Assembly: GCA_030704615.1 (NCBI GenBank) | Contig: CM060732.1 | Span: forward strand, 63,364,001 to 63,428,000 | Length of the DNA: 64,000 nucleotides | Direction: 5' to 3' | From: Takakia lepidozioides | Taxonomy: Eukaryota; Plantae; Bryophyta | In this document: positions 1-12,600 of the stretch, one piece after another | How positions within the stretch are numbered: the stretch's first letter is position 1 | How the letters are laid out: the number at the start of each line of letters is the position of its first letter | Notes under the pieces: model-generated | What the model was told of the DNA's origin: nothing | The model's input: only the letters and a program-made list of their open reading frames with translations | Database searches by the model: none | Position numbers and translations under genes: made by a program

Positions 1-1531
1 GTGGCGTGACCAAATCAACACCGCTCCCCGGTCCGCACGTTGACATCTTAAATATGAAGCATCTGTCCGTCTCTGAGCCTTGACCAGGAAAAAAGCTGCC
101 CTGGATGAAGTCGTAGCCGCATGTGCGCTTCACTTCCAAGATGGAGTGCATGTCTGATCCTCTTCCGATTCGTTTCTTGCAGCCGACAATGTGGTTCCTG
201 ACATTGGGGCTGCACACATGGGAGACAGCTTCCAACAGCTCCTTCATGTCCCCCTCGCCCAGCTTCTCTCTTGTGCTTCCGTCCTCCGACATTATTCTGC
301 CAATTGCAATTCTATGTGCGGATGTGAGCTGTATCTGCTTTGGTTTTGCTCCCGGCCTCAACCTCACCTCCTCCTTGATAATATCGTGGGCTTGTTGAAA
401 AGCAACTCTGCAATTGCCTCTGGCAACGAGGTGGTCATGCTTTCCGATGTGAATGCATGCTCTAGTGCACGTTGGGTTGACGGTCCCGACGTAGTACTGC
501 TTGGCGTTGCACACTGCCATACACGTAGGGGTTGCATTGCAATGGGCACACTTGAACGTCCCTGCAAGAACTCTACCTTGAGGCCAAAATGGGGTCGACG
601 AATTGCCAATCCAGTCTGTCTCATTCCGGGTGTCTTTGCTCGTGTAGTGGTAACATGTGCTCGAGAAACATTTAAGATGCCCAGCACACAGTACATATCT
701 CACTCGAACTCCATCACCCAGGTTGGACGATGAAGTTTTGGTGACACACCAAGGGTGGCCGTCATGTTTCCTGTTCATTCCAGCCAGCATGCCGTCTGGG
801 CCTGCGCCTGCCGGCACTGGAGGGAACTCGTAGATAGCATTTCCATCCACAACTTCAGGCAAAGTTTCCAAAGAATGGATTGGAGCTTTGTCGTAATCAA
901 GCCTAAGAAGGTCACTGGAGCAAGAACCCGCTGTCTTCATCCTCCGCAATATGTCGATTACTGAGCGGACGGAAGTTGAGTCGGAGGGTGTGTGCTCATT
1001 GTTTGCCGACATCTGAACACTCCTAGTGACGGAGGACTTCGAAACATACGGTGGAAGGACCATACAGTCTTCATCGTCACTGGATAAGTCGTGGACGACT
1101 GTTTCCCTGTTTTCCTCGATTTCCCTTTTCACATGTTTGGGCTTCTCTGCTTATGAAGAGGTGCCCACATCCTTCATGGCAGACTTCACATCTTGCACGC
1201 CAGACCCTCTTGTGGAAGGAGGATCAACCAAGTTCCAGTGTGGGAACTCTTTAGGCACGATTTCACCAATTGCACTGTAGCGGATGGATTCAGAAGCTGG
1301 GAGCCGCCACTCTTTGCCCTTTCCAAAATCTGCATGCAGAATGATGGCACTTTCCAGAAAATTTCCATAAGCATCCTTCGTCTCCTCTTCCAAAAACACC
1401 GTTCCAGGGCGGAGCCCGAACTTCACACACAAGTACTGCTCAGTGACAATCGCAAATCCTTGGTCACAGGGTATTTTAGCTTTCAGAGAATTAGGATGGA
1501 AGTACACGTTTACCCAAACACGGGAGTCCAT
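1..1531 (-). pseudogene. 5' part of the outer-copy MULE transposase (GCM-like Zn domain region) with a premature stop
   Basis: ATG at 1531 (MDSRVWVNVYFHP...), the same protein as 9637 onward. TAA at 1153-1151 where the inner copy has CAA. Confidence 0.85.
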
Positions 1532-1712
1532 GTTGAAGACGACAACTCTCGGTACACTCCGCAGCGAAGTCCTACAATGAGAAGAGTGTGTCCTACATAA
1601 TACCACAATCATTTTCTGGAGGATTCTGTATCCAACAGGATGGGTGATCAGTGCACGTATGGATGGAGGTGTGTAACGTACGTTACAAATACGGACGACC
1701 ACAACAAATTCA
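1..1712 (-). mobile_element. Older (outer) copy of the MULE family, transposase-side arm; runs off the window start and is interrupted at 1712 by the younger copy
   Basis: The reverse complement of 1-1712 aligns with ~9455-11120 of the inner element. The sequence resumes after the second TSD copy at 15011 (...acaacaaattca + catcggatattgggtgcc matches the reverse complement of ~9437-9470). Confidence 0.93.
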
Positions 1713-1780
1713 GAGGTTTACTATTTCATGAGCGCATGAGCCCATGAGCCTATGAGCCTATGAGCTCATGAGCGGGCATC
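1713..1780 (+). repeat. Left TIR and subterminal CATGAG micro-repeats (8-bp period)
   Basis: catgagcg-catgagcc-catgagcc-tatgagcc-tatgagct-catgagcgggcat; mirrored by CATGAG/CTCATG copies at 14804-14990. Confidence 0.85.
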
Positions 1781-1876
1781 CGCGGAATTGGAATTTTCCT
1801 GCCTTTATTGACGGTATTATGTCCTCTTACCTCGGTAATAGGGTCTGTTTCTCCTGGTCCAGGATGCGGAATGAGG

Positions 1877-2160
1877 AATTTCGGCGCCGTTATTCCCAAG
1901 AGCAGTGTGCTAAAATGGTGTTTTGAAGACATCCACCGGGGTATTTCGGCACCGAAATTACCTCTTAAAATGTGATATAGTGCGGTATTTAAAGGCGCAG
2001 AACGGGCAATTTCGGCGCCGAAATACCCAGGTGGAATGTGGTGAAGTGCCTTGTGCTGAAGGCTTCCATCGCAATATTTTGGTGCAATAATTCATCCGTG
2101 GAATTTTTGAGGCCCATATAACGAAGGCGCAAACTGGGCTATTTCGGCGCCAAATTTCCG
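1877..2160. repeat. Left subterminal cluster of TTTCGGCGCCG motif copies (~65-66 bp spacing)
   Basis: Copies start near 1877, 1942, 2008, 2075 (degenerate) and 2140. Confidence 0.85.
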
Positions 2161-2403
2161 AATAGGAATGTTAGAAACGGCAGGGTTTTCATGGCTTCAA
2201 GTTCCCGACTCGATGGTGTGCATAAATTACTTGTAGGGTTCTTCACTGAAGTTTGCGTCTCTTCTGCTTTTATTATAGATTTTGGTTGGCGGAAGAAATG
2301 TAGGGAATGGACAAGAAGTCTGAACACAATGATTTTTCAAATCGTCAATATTTTCATTAAGTGTTTCAGAACTGTACAACAAAAGGATCCAAATGAGACT
2401 TTG

Positions 2404-5400
2404 CTATGGTGAGGATCCGCTATCACTGTCCGATGCATCCCCGCCCTCATGCAAGGATGGCTGCCTTCCACCTGCCTCCGAACCTGCACTGCCGCTACCG
2501 CTGTTACTCTGAGAAGCCCTCCCCTCAAAAATACCATCCTCACCAGCCGGAACTGTCCACCTGGGTGCGGAAGTGTCCTCAACATTCCCCTCGCTCTCGG
2601 ACGCGGATTCTAATACGAACTTTCCTACTCTGTCTTTCACAATTCTATGTTTGGCCTCACGCCTCATTATAATTCTTTGCTCATTCCCGTATGTCAATTG
2701 CTCTAACCGAGTAGGCCTATCCTCCCTCCTGATGGCTTCTTTGGCAGCCGTGTCTGCATAGGCTGGTAGAAAAAAGGGCTTCTGGGGACTCGCGAGAAAC
2801 GATTTTCTGGCAAAGAATGGCCGATGCGATTCTGTCTCCTCCTCTGCAACAGGGTCCGATTCGAGCAAGTCTCCCAGCTTCTCCTCGTCGGACGACTCTG
2901 CAAGGCTGAGTGTACGCACAAACATAGAATGAAGTACATTAGAGAATTCAAACAGGGAATCATCGGCAGGTTGCATGGTCCCTACAACCGAAACCAATAC
3001 ACTTACTATGGTGCAACTCACTCGAAGACAGGCATTGGGGGAAGCGGCTTCGGGCGCCCCTGCATCGAACGAATTTCCCGGACTTCCTCCTCTTCATCTT
3101 CCTCCTCTCCTTCCACGTCCTCTTCTGCGTTTTTGGGATCCTCAGTCGGAGGCAGACGCTGAAGGCCCGCCAAATTGTAATCGTACAAGGCCGTATCCCC
3201 CTCAAATGAGAACACAAATCGGTTCGACATCCTTCCCGCCCACATACAGGCACCTGCGAATTCATACGACACAACCACAGCCAAACTCAAGAATGAGTCG
3301 CTTCCTCGCACAAGCAAACATACAGAAACGGAAATGGTGTCAATTTCGGTGCCGCATTCAATTAACGTTCTCACCTGTATTTGCAGTGACGTCAAGGACC
3401 CTGCCTTCAACATCCGTACACGTTTCCATGAGCGTCTGGATGAATGCAGGACTCCTGGTCCTGCCATACCTCCATGGCTTGCCCGACAAATCACAAAGAA
3501 TGTCCTTCTCTCCCACATGGTTGAACAGGACGTTATACTCCAGTGGATCAACTGTGGAATCAACAAGTCTTCCTGCTTCACGTAATTTGAATTTCGAATG
3601 TTCCTTCACGAAGCAAAATGCCTGAAAGATAAGAGTCTGCAGAGAAGGAAATGAAAACGTCAGAGGTGGCCTACACGTACAGGGGCAATTTCGGCGCAGA
3701 AATTGACATAGCAGAGGAGAACCACAGCATACCTTCTGGCCATCGTTGAGAAGACCCTGCGTGTTGATGCAAGTCCAGATCTTTTTCAGGATGGGTGCTG
3801 CACTTCTCCCGTCCATACTTTGATATCATTCTCAGTGACTTCTCCATCGGCTGCTAGCACAACAACACAGCCAACGTCGTCCAACATGTTGGCTGCGAAC
3901 CCGAATGTGTGGCTCCAGTATCTTTCGTCGTACTTGTTCCACCAGGGAACTGAGCCCAGCCCCAGTATCTCCTGCCCATCCGGGATATCCACAAGGATCA
4001 TGTCGATGGAGGCTTTCACCGCCCTGCCCCCGACTGTGCTCTTTTTGCCGTGGCTCATCGCCACAAAATACTCCATCATCTTTGTGTAGCCAGGAGTGTC
4101 CTCCATATCATTGCCAGTGGCCTTCCTCTTCCCCTTCCCCTGGTGGGCCTCGATCGCCTTCCTCAATCTCGTTATCTCCAGCCTTCTGGTCAGAGCAGTT
4201 AGGAAATTTTCATTAACACACTCCACAATTGTGGGTGTTTTGAGGACTTCCCTGCCCGCAATGTGCACCGCACGGTAGGGTCTGCCAGGTGCATCCTCGT
4301 ATAGTGATCTCTTCGCAGCCGACCCCCCGGAGCGCTGGCCCTTGTGAATTTTCGGACGAGGTGTGGCCCCCTGGGTGTTTTCCTGCTGGAAATCGTCGTC
4401 GGAATCCTCCTCATCTGGCTGACTGTGTTGCTGCTTCTTCTTCTTGGGTGTGGGGGTCTTCGTCTCTTGCCCCTGTTTGCGCGTTCTTTTCTTCCTGTCC
4501 TTGGGCTGCTCAGCTGCCTGCTTCTCCATCTGCTCCTTCGCCAACGCTGCCGCCTTGGCTGACTTTCTCAGTGCTTTCTGCTTGGCTGCCTCCTCTGCTT
4601 TCAGTCTTTCCGCGTCCTCTGGTTGGGGATCTGATTGCGCCTTCATAGCCCTGGCATTCGCTTCCTTCTTCAAGTTAACCTCCGAGAGGTCAACGGTCCC
4701 ACTTGGGAGATCCACATACCAGGGGCAGTCTACCAAATGCTCGGCATGCCACTCCTTCGCCATTACTTCTGTGTACATCGTTCCACGACCTCCAGGTGTC
4801 CTCCACGCCAGGAAGAATGGTGGAACCCTTTGAATGGCTCCGGACGGAATGAGTGCAAAGTTTATGTACCTGCAATCACGAGGCAGTTCAACAAAAATCA
4901 TTCTACCGATGCATCATGCAAGTGGAAGTTGTCAATGCACAAGGTATTTCGGCACCGAAATACGGAGTGGACCGTGCCCCAATTACCCAGAACTCACATC
5001 TTGCAGAGGTATATTTCGGCGCCGCAATATCCATCGCTGCTTAACCAAATCATCTAAACTGCAAATAGGGGGATGCATTGTCAGCAGATTACCTGAACAG
5101 GACACGCATTGCCGCTTTGTCGGCACCCTCCTGCTCTTCGATGTATACGCTGCGTCTTGCCTTTGCAATTTCTCTGAAAAAGAGGTTTGCGAAGCGCCCT
5201 CGCCACGACTGCACGTAGTTCTCCATTGTCTCAGGCTTCGTCCAGTCGATCTGTAACTTGAAAGTGGTGGTGTTGCAGTCCAATTGCTCCTGGGCGTGGG
5301 TCAGTACCTGCATCATGGCAGGTTTCCAAAACATTCATGATTTTGAAATTGCGACGATGTCCAACACAGAATAGGAGAAAATTATACCTGATGCCACCAA

Positions 5401-7316
5401 GTCATACATTGAGCCAGTCGTTCATTTTGTCGTCTGTTGGCTCGATGGGAAAGTGGTACAGCAGCTTCGTGTTTGTATGGCCGTTCCAGATTCGCAGCCA
5501 CCATCACATCGGTCAGACAAGAACTCCAACATAAGAATCGCGAGAAGTCACAAAACAAGAAGTAAACACATGCTTACCTTCTCCGCCGGCTCAACACAGG
5601 ACACTGCGATGTGATGAAGTTTCTCCATGGACATTTCCGGTTTCATGGGTCTGGAGTAATGCAGTCCTATCTCCGCCAGGAACTCGGCACCAAGACCAGG
5701 GTCAGCGATTGCAACTTGCTTAACAAGTTTGGACCTGTACTTGGTCCGGGATTGCTTCCCTGCCTGCACAATATGACTCTCTATCGACGCGTCCGCCTTG
5801 TTGGGGGCATCATTCTCAAAGAACTGCCTTTTGGCATAGGCCAAGTCATCCCTGATGTTTGTCTGCATTCCCATACCCAGCAGATACAGTCAGGCCACGG
5901 ATCCCTGCAACAAATAACATTAAATTGATACTGAAATTTGAGATGAACCTCACCGAATAGAGGATCTCCACCATGGCGTCCAGTGTTGGTCGGTACCAGG
6001 TGCGATCTGCCTTCGCTAGGGACTTCCTGTACAGCTCGGGATCGAGGGACTTTTGGAAGTCCGTCAGCGGAGCTGTCCCCACTTCTTGCACTCTGTAGAG
6101 CGTATGTGCCTGTAGAGTTATGTGCCAGATGAGTTTCCACGAAGGCCCTCTCTGTTACCCTGCCATGGAGAAAAAAAACAACATGAAAATATGATTTCGG
6201 CACAGCAATCCAATTTCCAGTTCATAGAGTGCATGACAGTGGTGAACATTGCCTATTTCGGCGCCGCAATAGGCAGTACACAAGGATGTAATTGTATACT
6301 TACAGATTTATATCCGCCATGGCACCCTTCAACAGTCCTCTGTCCCTGACGTCCACCTTCACGACAATGCAGTCCACCATGTAATGCCAACTGATATCTT
6401 GCGGATGCATTTCAGCAATGTACTCTGTCCAGGCAAGCATCCTGTGGTTCCCGTCCCAAACGAAGAACATCTTCCCTTCCATGTGTGCGAATGTGGGATT
6501 AGTCTTCAGATAGGCTTCAAACTCGGCATTAACAGTGTGCCAGTGGGGGCCCCAATTCTGAAGCTCCTCTGCAGTGGGGCCCCTTGTGACACCCTGGTCA
6601 TTCTCAATGGAAACGTAGAATGCTGCCGACCCCCGTCTGTACCCTTCTCTGAAGTTGTGCTTCAGTCGATCGATATCCCCTGGCAGTGCTTGCCTTACAA
6701 CTGGAAGGCTTACCATGCGACACAAAGGAACTTTGAGGTTCTCCGGATACACCATGGAGCCCAAAACGCGGCCTATGTTGCTATGAGTCTCTGCCAGCAA
6801 CCTGTTTGCTGCTATGTTCATGTCTCGTGCGCTCATGAGCATACCCGCCACCAGTTTCTTACTTGTATCACCTCTGTCACTTCCCTCACCCCTCTCACCA
6901 GCCTGTGTACTGTCCTGGAGGTTTTGCTCCTCCGCAAGCTCCAGCAGGTTCTGATCGTCGCCAAGTCGTACCACGTTATCGTCCTCTCCTTCTGTCAGTT
7001 GAATGGGCCGCCCTTCTGCAGATCCGACTCCCACATCTCCAGCGGCCTCCACCGCATCTGTGTTTTCTGAAATTGACTGCAAACCCAATATCTCCGCTTC
7101 CAGTCTCCCTAGGGGTTTTACTGGCGAAGCCATGGGCTCCTTCTGCTTTCTCGGCTTCCGAACTCTAGGTGGGCTTTTCGGAGGCGATATCTGAGGTGTT
7201 GAATGAGGACTCGTCTGCCTCGATGCACTTCCACCTTGTGAGCGCAGCACCCGGGCAGGAGTATCCAAAGTTGACTGTGTTGCCTCGCCCCCCTGCGATC
7301 CCTCCCCAGCTCCCAT
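2404..7316 (-). pseudogene. Multi-exon transposon gene: N-terminal ParB/Sulfiredoxin-like domain plus C-terminal beta-class amino (N4C/N6A) DNA methyltransferase-like domain; disrupted in this copy
   Basis: Exon 7316-6304 has the ParB-type motif FFVWDGNHRMLAW. GT-AG introns at 6303-6160, 5953-5905 and 3374-3254, among others. SIDMILVDIPDG resembles motif IV (SxDLIxTDPPY) and is followed by AANMLDDVGCVVV (LkpgG-like). RSPAFIQTLMETCTDVEGRVLDVTANTG spliced to ACMWAGRMSNRFVFSFEGD resembles KPxxLxxxxIxxxTxxGxxVLDPFxGSGTTxxAAxxxxRxxIGxE. Lesions: 16-bp duplication at 6111-6126, in-frame TGA near 5890, 1-bp frameshift near 3793. The last exon (ORF 2404-3021) is joined by inference. Confidence 0.75.
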
Positions 7317-7825
7317 GTCAAACAAACAGGAAAACATGAGACACTGCACGCCAAAAAAAAGGTGTAAAAGGAATATTGCGTATGGAGTGCTTCACATCCG
7401 CGAAGCACGAATCTCTCACTGGTGGGCGATCCGAGTCTCCGGATAACGAGGTCTGCATTTCATGCATGAGACGGAGCTTAAGTCGTGTCGTCGGCGGCTT
7501 CCCAAAATCCCGCGTCCTCTTCTTTGCCGGAGTCGCCTGACCTTCCACAAACTCTATGCTACCACTATGCCGCATAAGGAGAGGAAACGCAGGAGAACGT
7601 CACTGCAGAAGGGCAAGGAGCGAGAGAGCGAAGCGGTGGAACATGCAACCACTATGCACGAGCAGATGCGTAAGCAGCCACGTCTCCCGAAGCGTTGCCA
7701 CCGTCCAACACTTTTTGCCGTATGGGTGATGAAGAGATTGTGACCCCTGACATGTTCGCACGGATGAAGTCGACTGGAACACGACGCGTGCCAGTTCCAG
7801 CCACCAGTACAAGACGGTTTATCCG

Positions 7826-9450
7826 AATTGCGGCACCGAAATACGTTCCGTACACCGGATGCTGTTCCCGGAGCAGCCGGCATTGAATGAAATATCCGCA
7901 CATCATGAAACCCAACCGCCAAGAAAATCCCCTGCCTATGACATTCAACAGTCAGGATCGGTACGTTTCAACAGCGGACGGATGAATTTCGGCGCCGAAA
8001 TTCATCCTATTCAAGTGCTTTCATACGCAAACTTACGAATTTCGGCGCCGCAATTCATCGCTTCCGAAGTCCTCATCCGTCATGAGCAAACCTGTCAGTG
8101 GGATATCGGAGCCGGAATTAATTCCGGGACAGTGAAAACGGTTGCACTTGGGCACATTTCATCCATATTTCGGCGCCGAAATTCATTACGAATATCTCCG
8201 TCCGCGCGTAGACGAGGTGAAATCATCATTATTTCGGCGCCGAAATTCATCCAGAGCGAAGACTAAATGGCACCATGCTACGCTTTGCCGCCATCATTGC
8301 CCCTGACGGATGCTGTCCATGCCTGTTGGACTTGCCATTTTTGGACATTTAACTATAATTTCGGCGCCGAAATTATACTTTATGTGCGGCAACGTCCCGT
8401 GCGAAAAAGACCACTTAATGGATACTGTCGGTTTCAAATGAAAAAAAACGGCTAAAATGCAATTAATTTTGACAGAAGTGGTTTAATATGCCGATTTCTC
8501 CATTAAATGCAGAATATTCCTGTTATATTCGTCGGAACGGGGTATTTCCAACGATTTACGGAAAATTATCATCCAAAAGCAAAAAGTAAGTGCCGGGTTT
8601 GGACGAATTTCGGCGCCGAAATTCATCCGTCGCATAGAAAATGTAATATTAGAGTTACTCATTGCGGACAGTAAGGATGAATTTCGGCGCCGAAATTCAT
8701 CCATTTCAAAGAAAAATAAATATTGGAGGGAGGGCATTGGATGAATTTCGGCGCCGAAATCCGGCGCTCAAACCCTGAAAAGAATTTGGAGGGATGAAGT
8801 CGGCTGAATTTCGGCGCCGAAATTCATTGCTCGCGAAGAAAAAAAAAATTTCGGGAGGACTTCGGATGAATTTCGGCGCCGAAATTCATTGCTCGCGAAG
8901 AAAAAGGAAAATTAAAAAGGAGTACTTGGATGAGATTCGGCGCCAAAGTTCATCTGTCGCAAAGAAAAATAAAAACAGAAAGGACTTCCGATGAATTCTG
9001 GCACCGAAATCCATCCGCAGGGGGCAGCAGAATTAGGGTCGGAAAAGGAGATGAAGAATGAATTTCGGCGCCGAAATACATCCATTCTGCCGATTCAGGA
9101 TTACTGTCATTCGGAAGTCGGCACCGATATCCGGACACGTGGTCAATCACGACTGTAATCAGGAACACATTCATCCGTATTTTGGCATCTAAATTCAACC
9201 CATATGTGCAGATACAATTTAATGAAGAAGAAGTTCATCCGAATTTCGGCACCGAAATCCATCCGTTGGGTGCTTGGTCAGTTTAATGAGGTAAACAAAT
9301 TACGATTTCTGTTGCCAGAATTCATCCCTTGGCTTCCAAAGCTGTTACATGACAGAGATGTTCATCCAGATTTCGGTGCCGAAATTCATGGGAAGGCCTG
9401 ATTTATTGTACCCCAAGTGGTTGTACATTACAATTCAGGCACCAAATATC
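7826..9450. repeat. Central intergenic array of ~20 palindromes (core AATTTCGGCGCCGAAATT) between the divergent genes
   Basis: Perfect 28-bp palindrome GGATGAATTTCGGCGCCGAAATTCATCC at 7980-8007. Copies start at about 8606, 8680, 8744, 8807, 8869, 8933, 8994, 9061, 9242 and 9369. Confidence 0.95.
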
Positions 9451-9636
9451 CGATGTGAACTTGCTGTTTTCGTCCGTTTTTTAAACGTACGTTACACACC
9501 TTCATCTTTACGTGCACTGATCACCCATCCTGTTGGATACGGAATCCTCAGAAAATCATTTGTGTTATTAGGTAGGACACACTCTTCTCATTGCAGGACT
9601 TCGCTGCGGAGCGTACCGAGAGGTCCCGTCTTCAAA

Positions 9637-12600
9637 ATGGACTCCCGTGTTTGGGTCAACGTGTACTTCCATCCTGATTCTCTGAAAGCTAAAATACCCT
9701 GCGACCAAGGATTTGCGATTGTCACTGAGCAGTACTTGTGTGTGAAGTTCGGGCTCCGCCCTGGAACGGTGTTTTTGGAAGAGGAGACGAAGGATGCTTA
9801 TGGTAATTTTCTGGAAAGTGCCGTCATTCTGCATGCAGATTTCGGAAAAGGCAAAGAGTGGCGGCTCCCAGCTTCTGAATCCATCCGGTACAGTGCCATT
9901 GGTGAAATCGTGCCTAAAGAGTTCCCACGCTGGAACTTGGTTGATCCTCCTTCCACAAGAGGGTCTGGCGTGCAAGATGTGAAGGATGTGGGCACCTCTT
10001 CACAAGCAGAGAAGCCCAAACATGTGAAAAGGGAAATCCAGGAAAACAGGGAAACAGTCGTCCACGACTTATCCAGTGACGATGAAGACTGTATGGTCCT
10101 TCCATCGTATGTTTTGAAGTCGTCCGTCACTAGGAGTGTTCAGCATACACCGTCCGACTCAACTTCCGTCCGCTCAGTAATCGACATATTGCGGAGGATG
10201 AAGACAACGGGTTCCCGCTCCAGTGACCTTCTTAGGCTTGATTACGACAAAACTCCAATCCATTCTGTGGAAACTTTGCCTGATGTTGTGGATGGGAATG
10301 CTATCTACGAGTTCCCTCCAGTGCCGGCAGGCGCAGGCCCAGACGGCATGCTCGCAGGAATGAACAGGAAACATGACGGCCACCCTTGGTGTGTCACCAA
10401 ACTTCATCGTCCAACCTGGGTGATGGAGTTCGAGTGAGATATGTATTGTGTGCTGGGCATCTTAAATGTTTCTCGAGCACATGTTACCATTACACTAGCA
10501 AAGGCACCAGGAATGAGACTGACTGGATTGGCAATTCGTCGACCCCATTTTGGCCTCAAGGTAGAGTTCCTGCAGGGACGTTCAAGTGTGCCCATTGCAA
10601 CGCAGCCCCTACGTGCATGGCAGTGTGCAACGCCAAGCAGTACTACGTCGGGACCGTCGGCCCAGCGTGCACCAGAGCATGCATTCACATCGGAAAGCAT
10701 GAGCACCCCCTCGCCAGAGGCAATTGCAGAGTCGCTTTTCAACAAGCCCAGGATATTATCAAGGAGGAGGTGAGGTTGAGGCCGGGTGCAAAACCAAAGC
10801 AGATACAGCTCGCATCGGCACATAGGATTGCAATTGGCAGAATAATGTCGGAGGACGGAAGCACAAGAGAGAAGCTGGGCGAGGGGACATGAAGGACCTG
10901 CTGGAAGCTGTCTCCCATGTGTGCAGCCCCAATGTCAGGAACCACATTGTCAGCTGCAAGAAACGAATCGGAAGAGGATCAGACATGCACTCCATCTTGG
11001 AAGTGAAGCGCACATGCGGCTACGACTTCATCCAAGGCAGCTTCTTTCCTGGTCAAGGCTCGGAGACGGACAGGTGCTTCATATTTAAGATGTCAACGTG
11101 CGGACCGGGGAGCGGCGTCGATTTGGTGAAGCGGATGACCAGTGGAGACCTTTCAAATTGTTGGGTCATGTTCGACCACATCCGGCGAATTACCAACCAC
11201 GATTGGGTGACAATGGGGGCACATGTATACGACCCACATTGCAGAAAGTTGATGACCATTGCTATCTGCGAAATGAAGGGAGAAGACACAGATTCGGAGT
11301 TGCATATGTGGCGCGGAATTAATGAGCAAATGGCGAGAGCCAAGTTGCCCCCTCCCGATTTTAGGGGCTTCATGGCTGACAATGCCCAGGCAAACTGGGC
11401 TGCAGTTAGGAGGGTATATGGGGACGACCCAAAGACTCCAATGGAAGGAAAGGAGAGATCTTGCGGGTTCCACTTCATGCAGAGTTTGACGCAAAACACG
11501 AAAAGGTTCGTGGCGTCACGCCACCGGCAGGATCATATCAGTATGTGCCTAGCGTGGAAAAATGCGAATTCCATCGACGAGGCGGAGACCGAGTTTGCAA
11601 CCATACGCGCCTGGTGGGTGTCTTCAGGGGCAGTGGATGTGAAAGATGAGTCAGGTAACACATTTCTGTACTTGACAATTGTTCTGTTTTGTGCTTGGAC
11701 ATTCTCCACAATCAGTGACATATCTAATTTCCTTCAACAGGACATGAGCTTGGAGGATGACACGGATATGCCGACGACGAACATGGCCGAATCGGTGCAC
11801 TCTTCCTGGCGTGCTTCCTCTGCAGCACATCTCGTTGACATGTTGACAGCAACAACAGAAGATATTGTGAGGGCCATCATGCAACAATCTCATTACTACC
11901 AGTTTCTGGGAGGAAAGCAATGGGGTATCGGACCAGATAGGCAGGAGATGCTGATGAGGGCGGCGCATCGTTCGACCGATCCCAAAAAATGGACTGCTGC
12001 ATTGCGGGAAACAATAAGGTCAACGCCGTTACACAGTCGGGGGAACTGCCTGGAGGGCGATGTCCGCAGCCGGCCGGTGAAGAGAAGAATTGAGGACATG
12101 CCCGGAGGGGATGGGGATTCATGGAGATCAGATATGAACATCCGCACTCAACCTCGGGGCGCAACGATGTTGCGTCCCACGCCTCCACGAAGCAGGACTC
12201 GTACCCCCTCTCCTGCAGCATCCATGGAATCGCTGCCAGACTCGGGACAACATGCCGAGGATGGGCATGTTGCTCCTGTTTTCGTTACCCAATACAACAT
12301 TCCAATCGTGGAGCGAGATGTGTCGGCCTCGCAGTGGAGAATTGCACGGACCCGTCCGACATTTCGTGGCAAATGTTGTGCTGTTCGTGTCGACACCAAC
12401 CAGAGATGCAATGAGATGATTCGGAGGAGCCCGCAGGGCGGTGTGCCTGCCCCTTGCTTCACAGGGAGATTTGTGTGCGCAAAGTTTGTGGAGGCCACAC
12501 TGAAGGAGTTTTGGTTCTGCAGGCACGACATCATGTCGTGTGTGTTCGGCAAGCCCAAGTATGGTGTACAAGGCATGCCTGAACCACCGGCAGTCTGGCC

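Noticed and set aside
2404-7316. Bacterial or phage contamination as the source of the ParB/MTase gene
   Set aside because: The gene has GT-AG introns, lies inside a TSD-flanked MULE, and is contiguous with plant genes.
8600-9450. CRISPR-like array (palindromic repeats with ~40-bp spacers)
   Set aside because: Eukaryotic transposon context with introns and no cas genes; several spacers resemble each other; the repeat also occurs singly in introns and at the element ends.
7826-9450. Palindrome as a canonical E2F site
   Set aside because: TTTCGGCGCC does not fit WTTSSCSS exactly (one extra base), and conservation extends to 18-28 bp. Not excluded, but unsupported.
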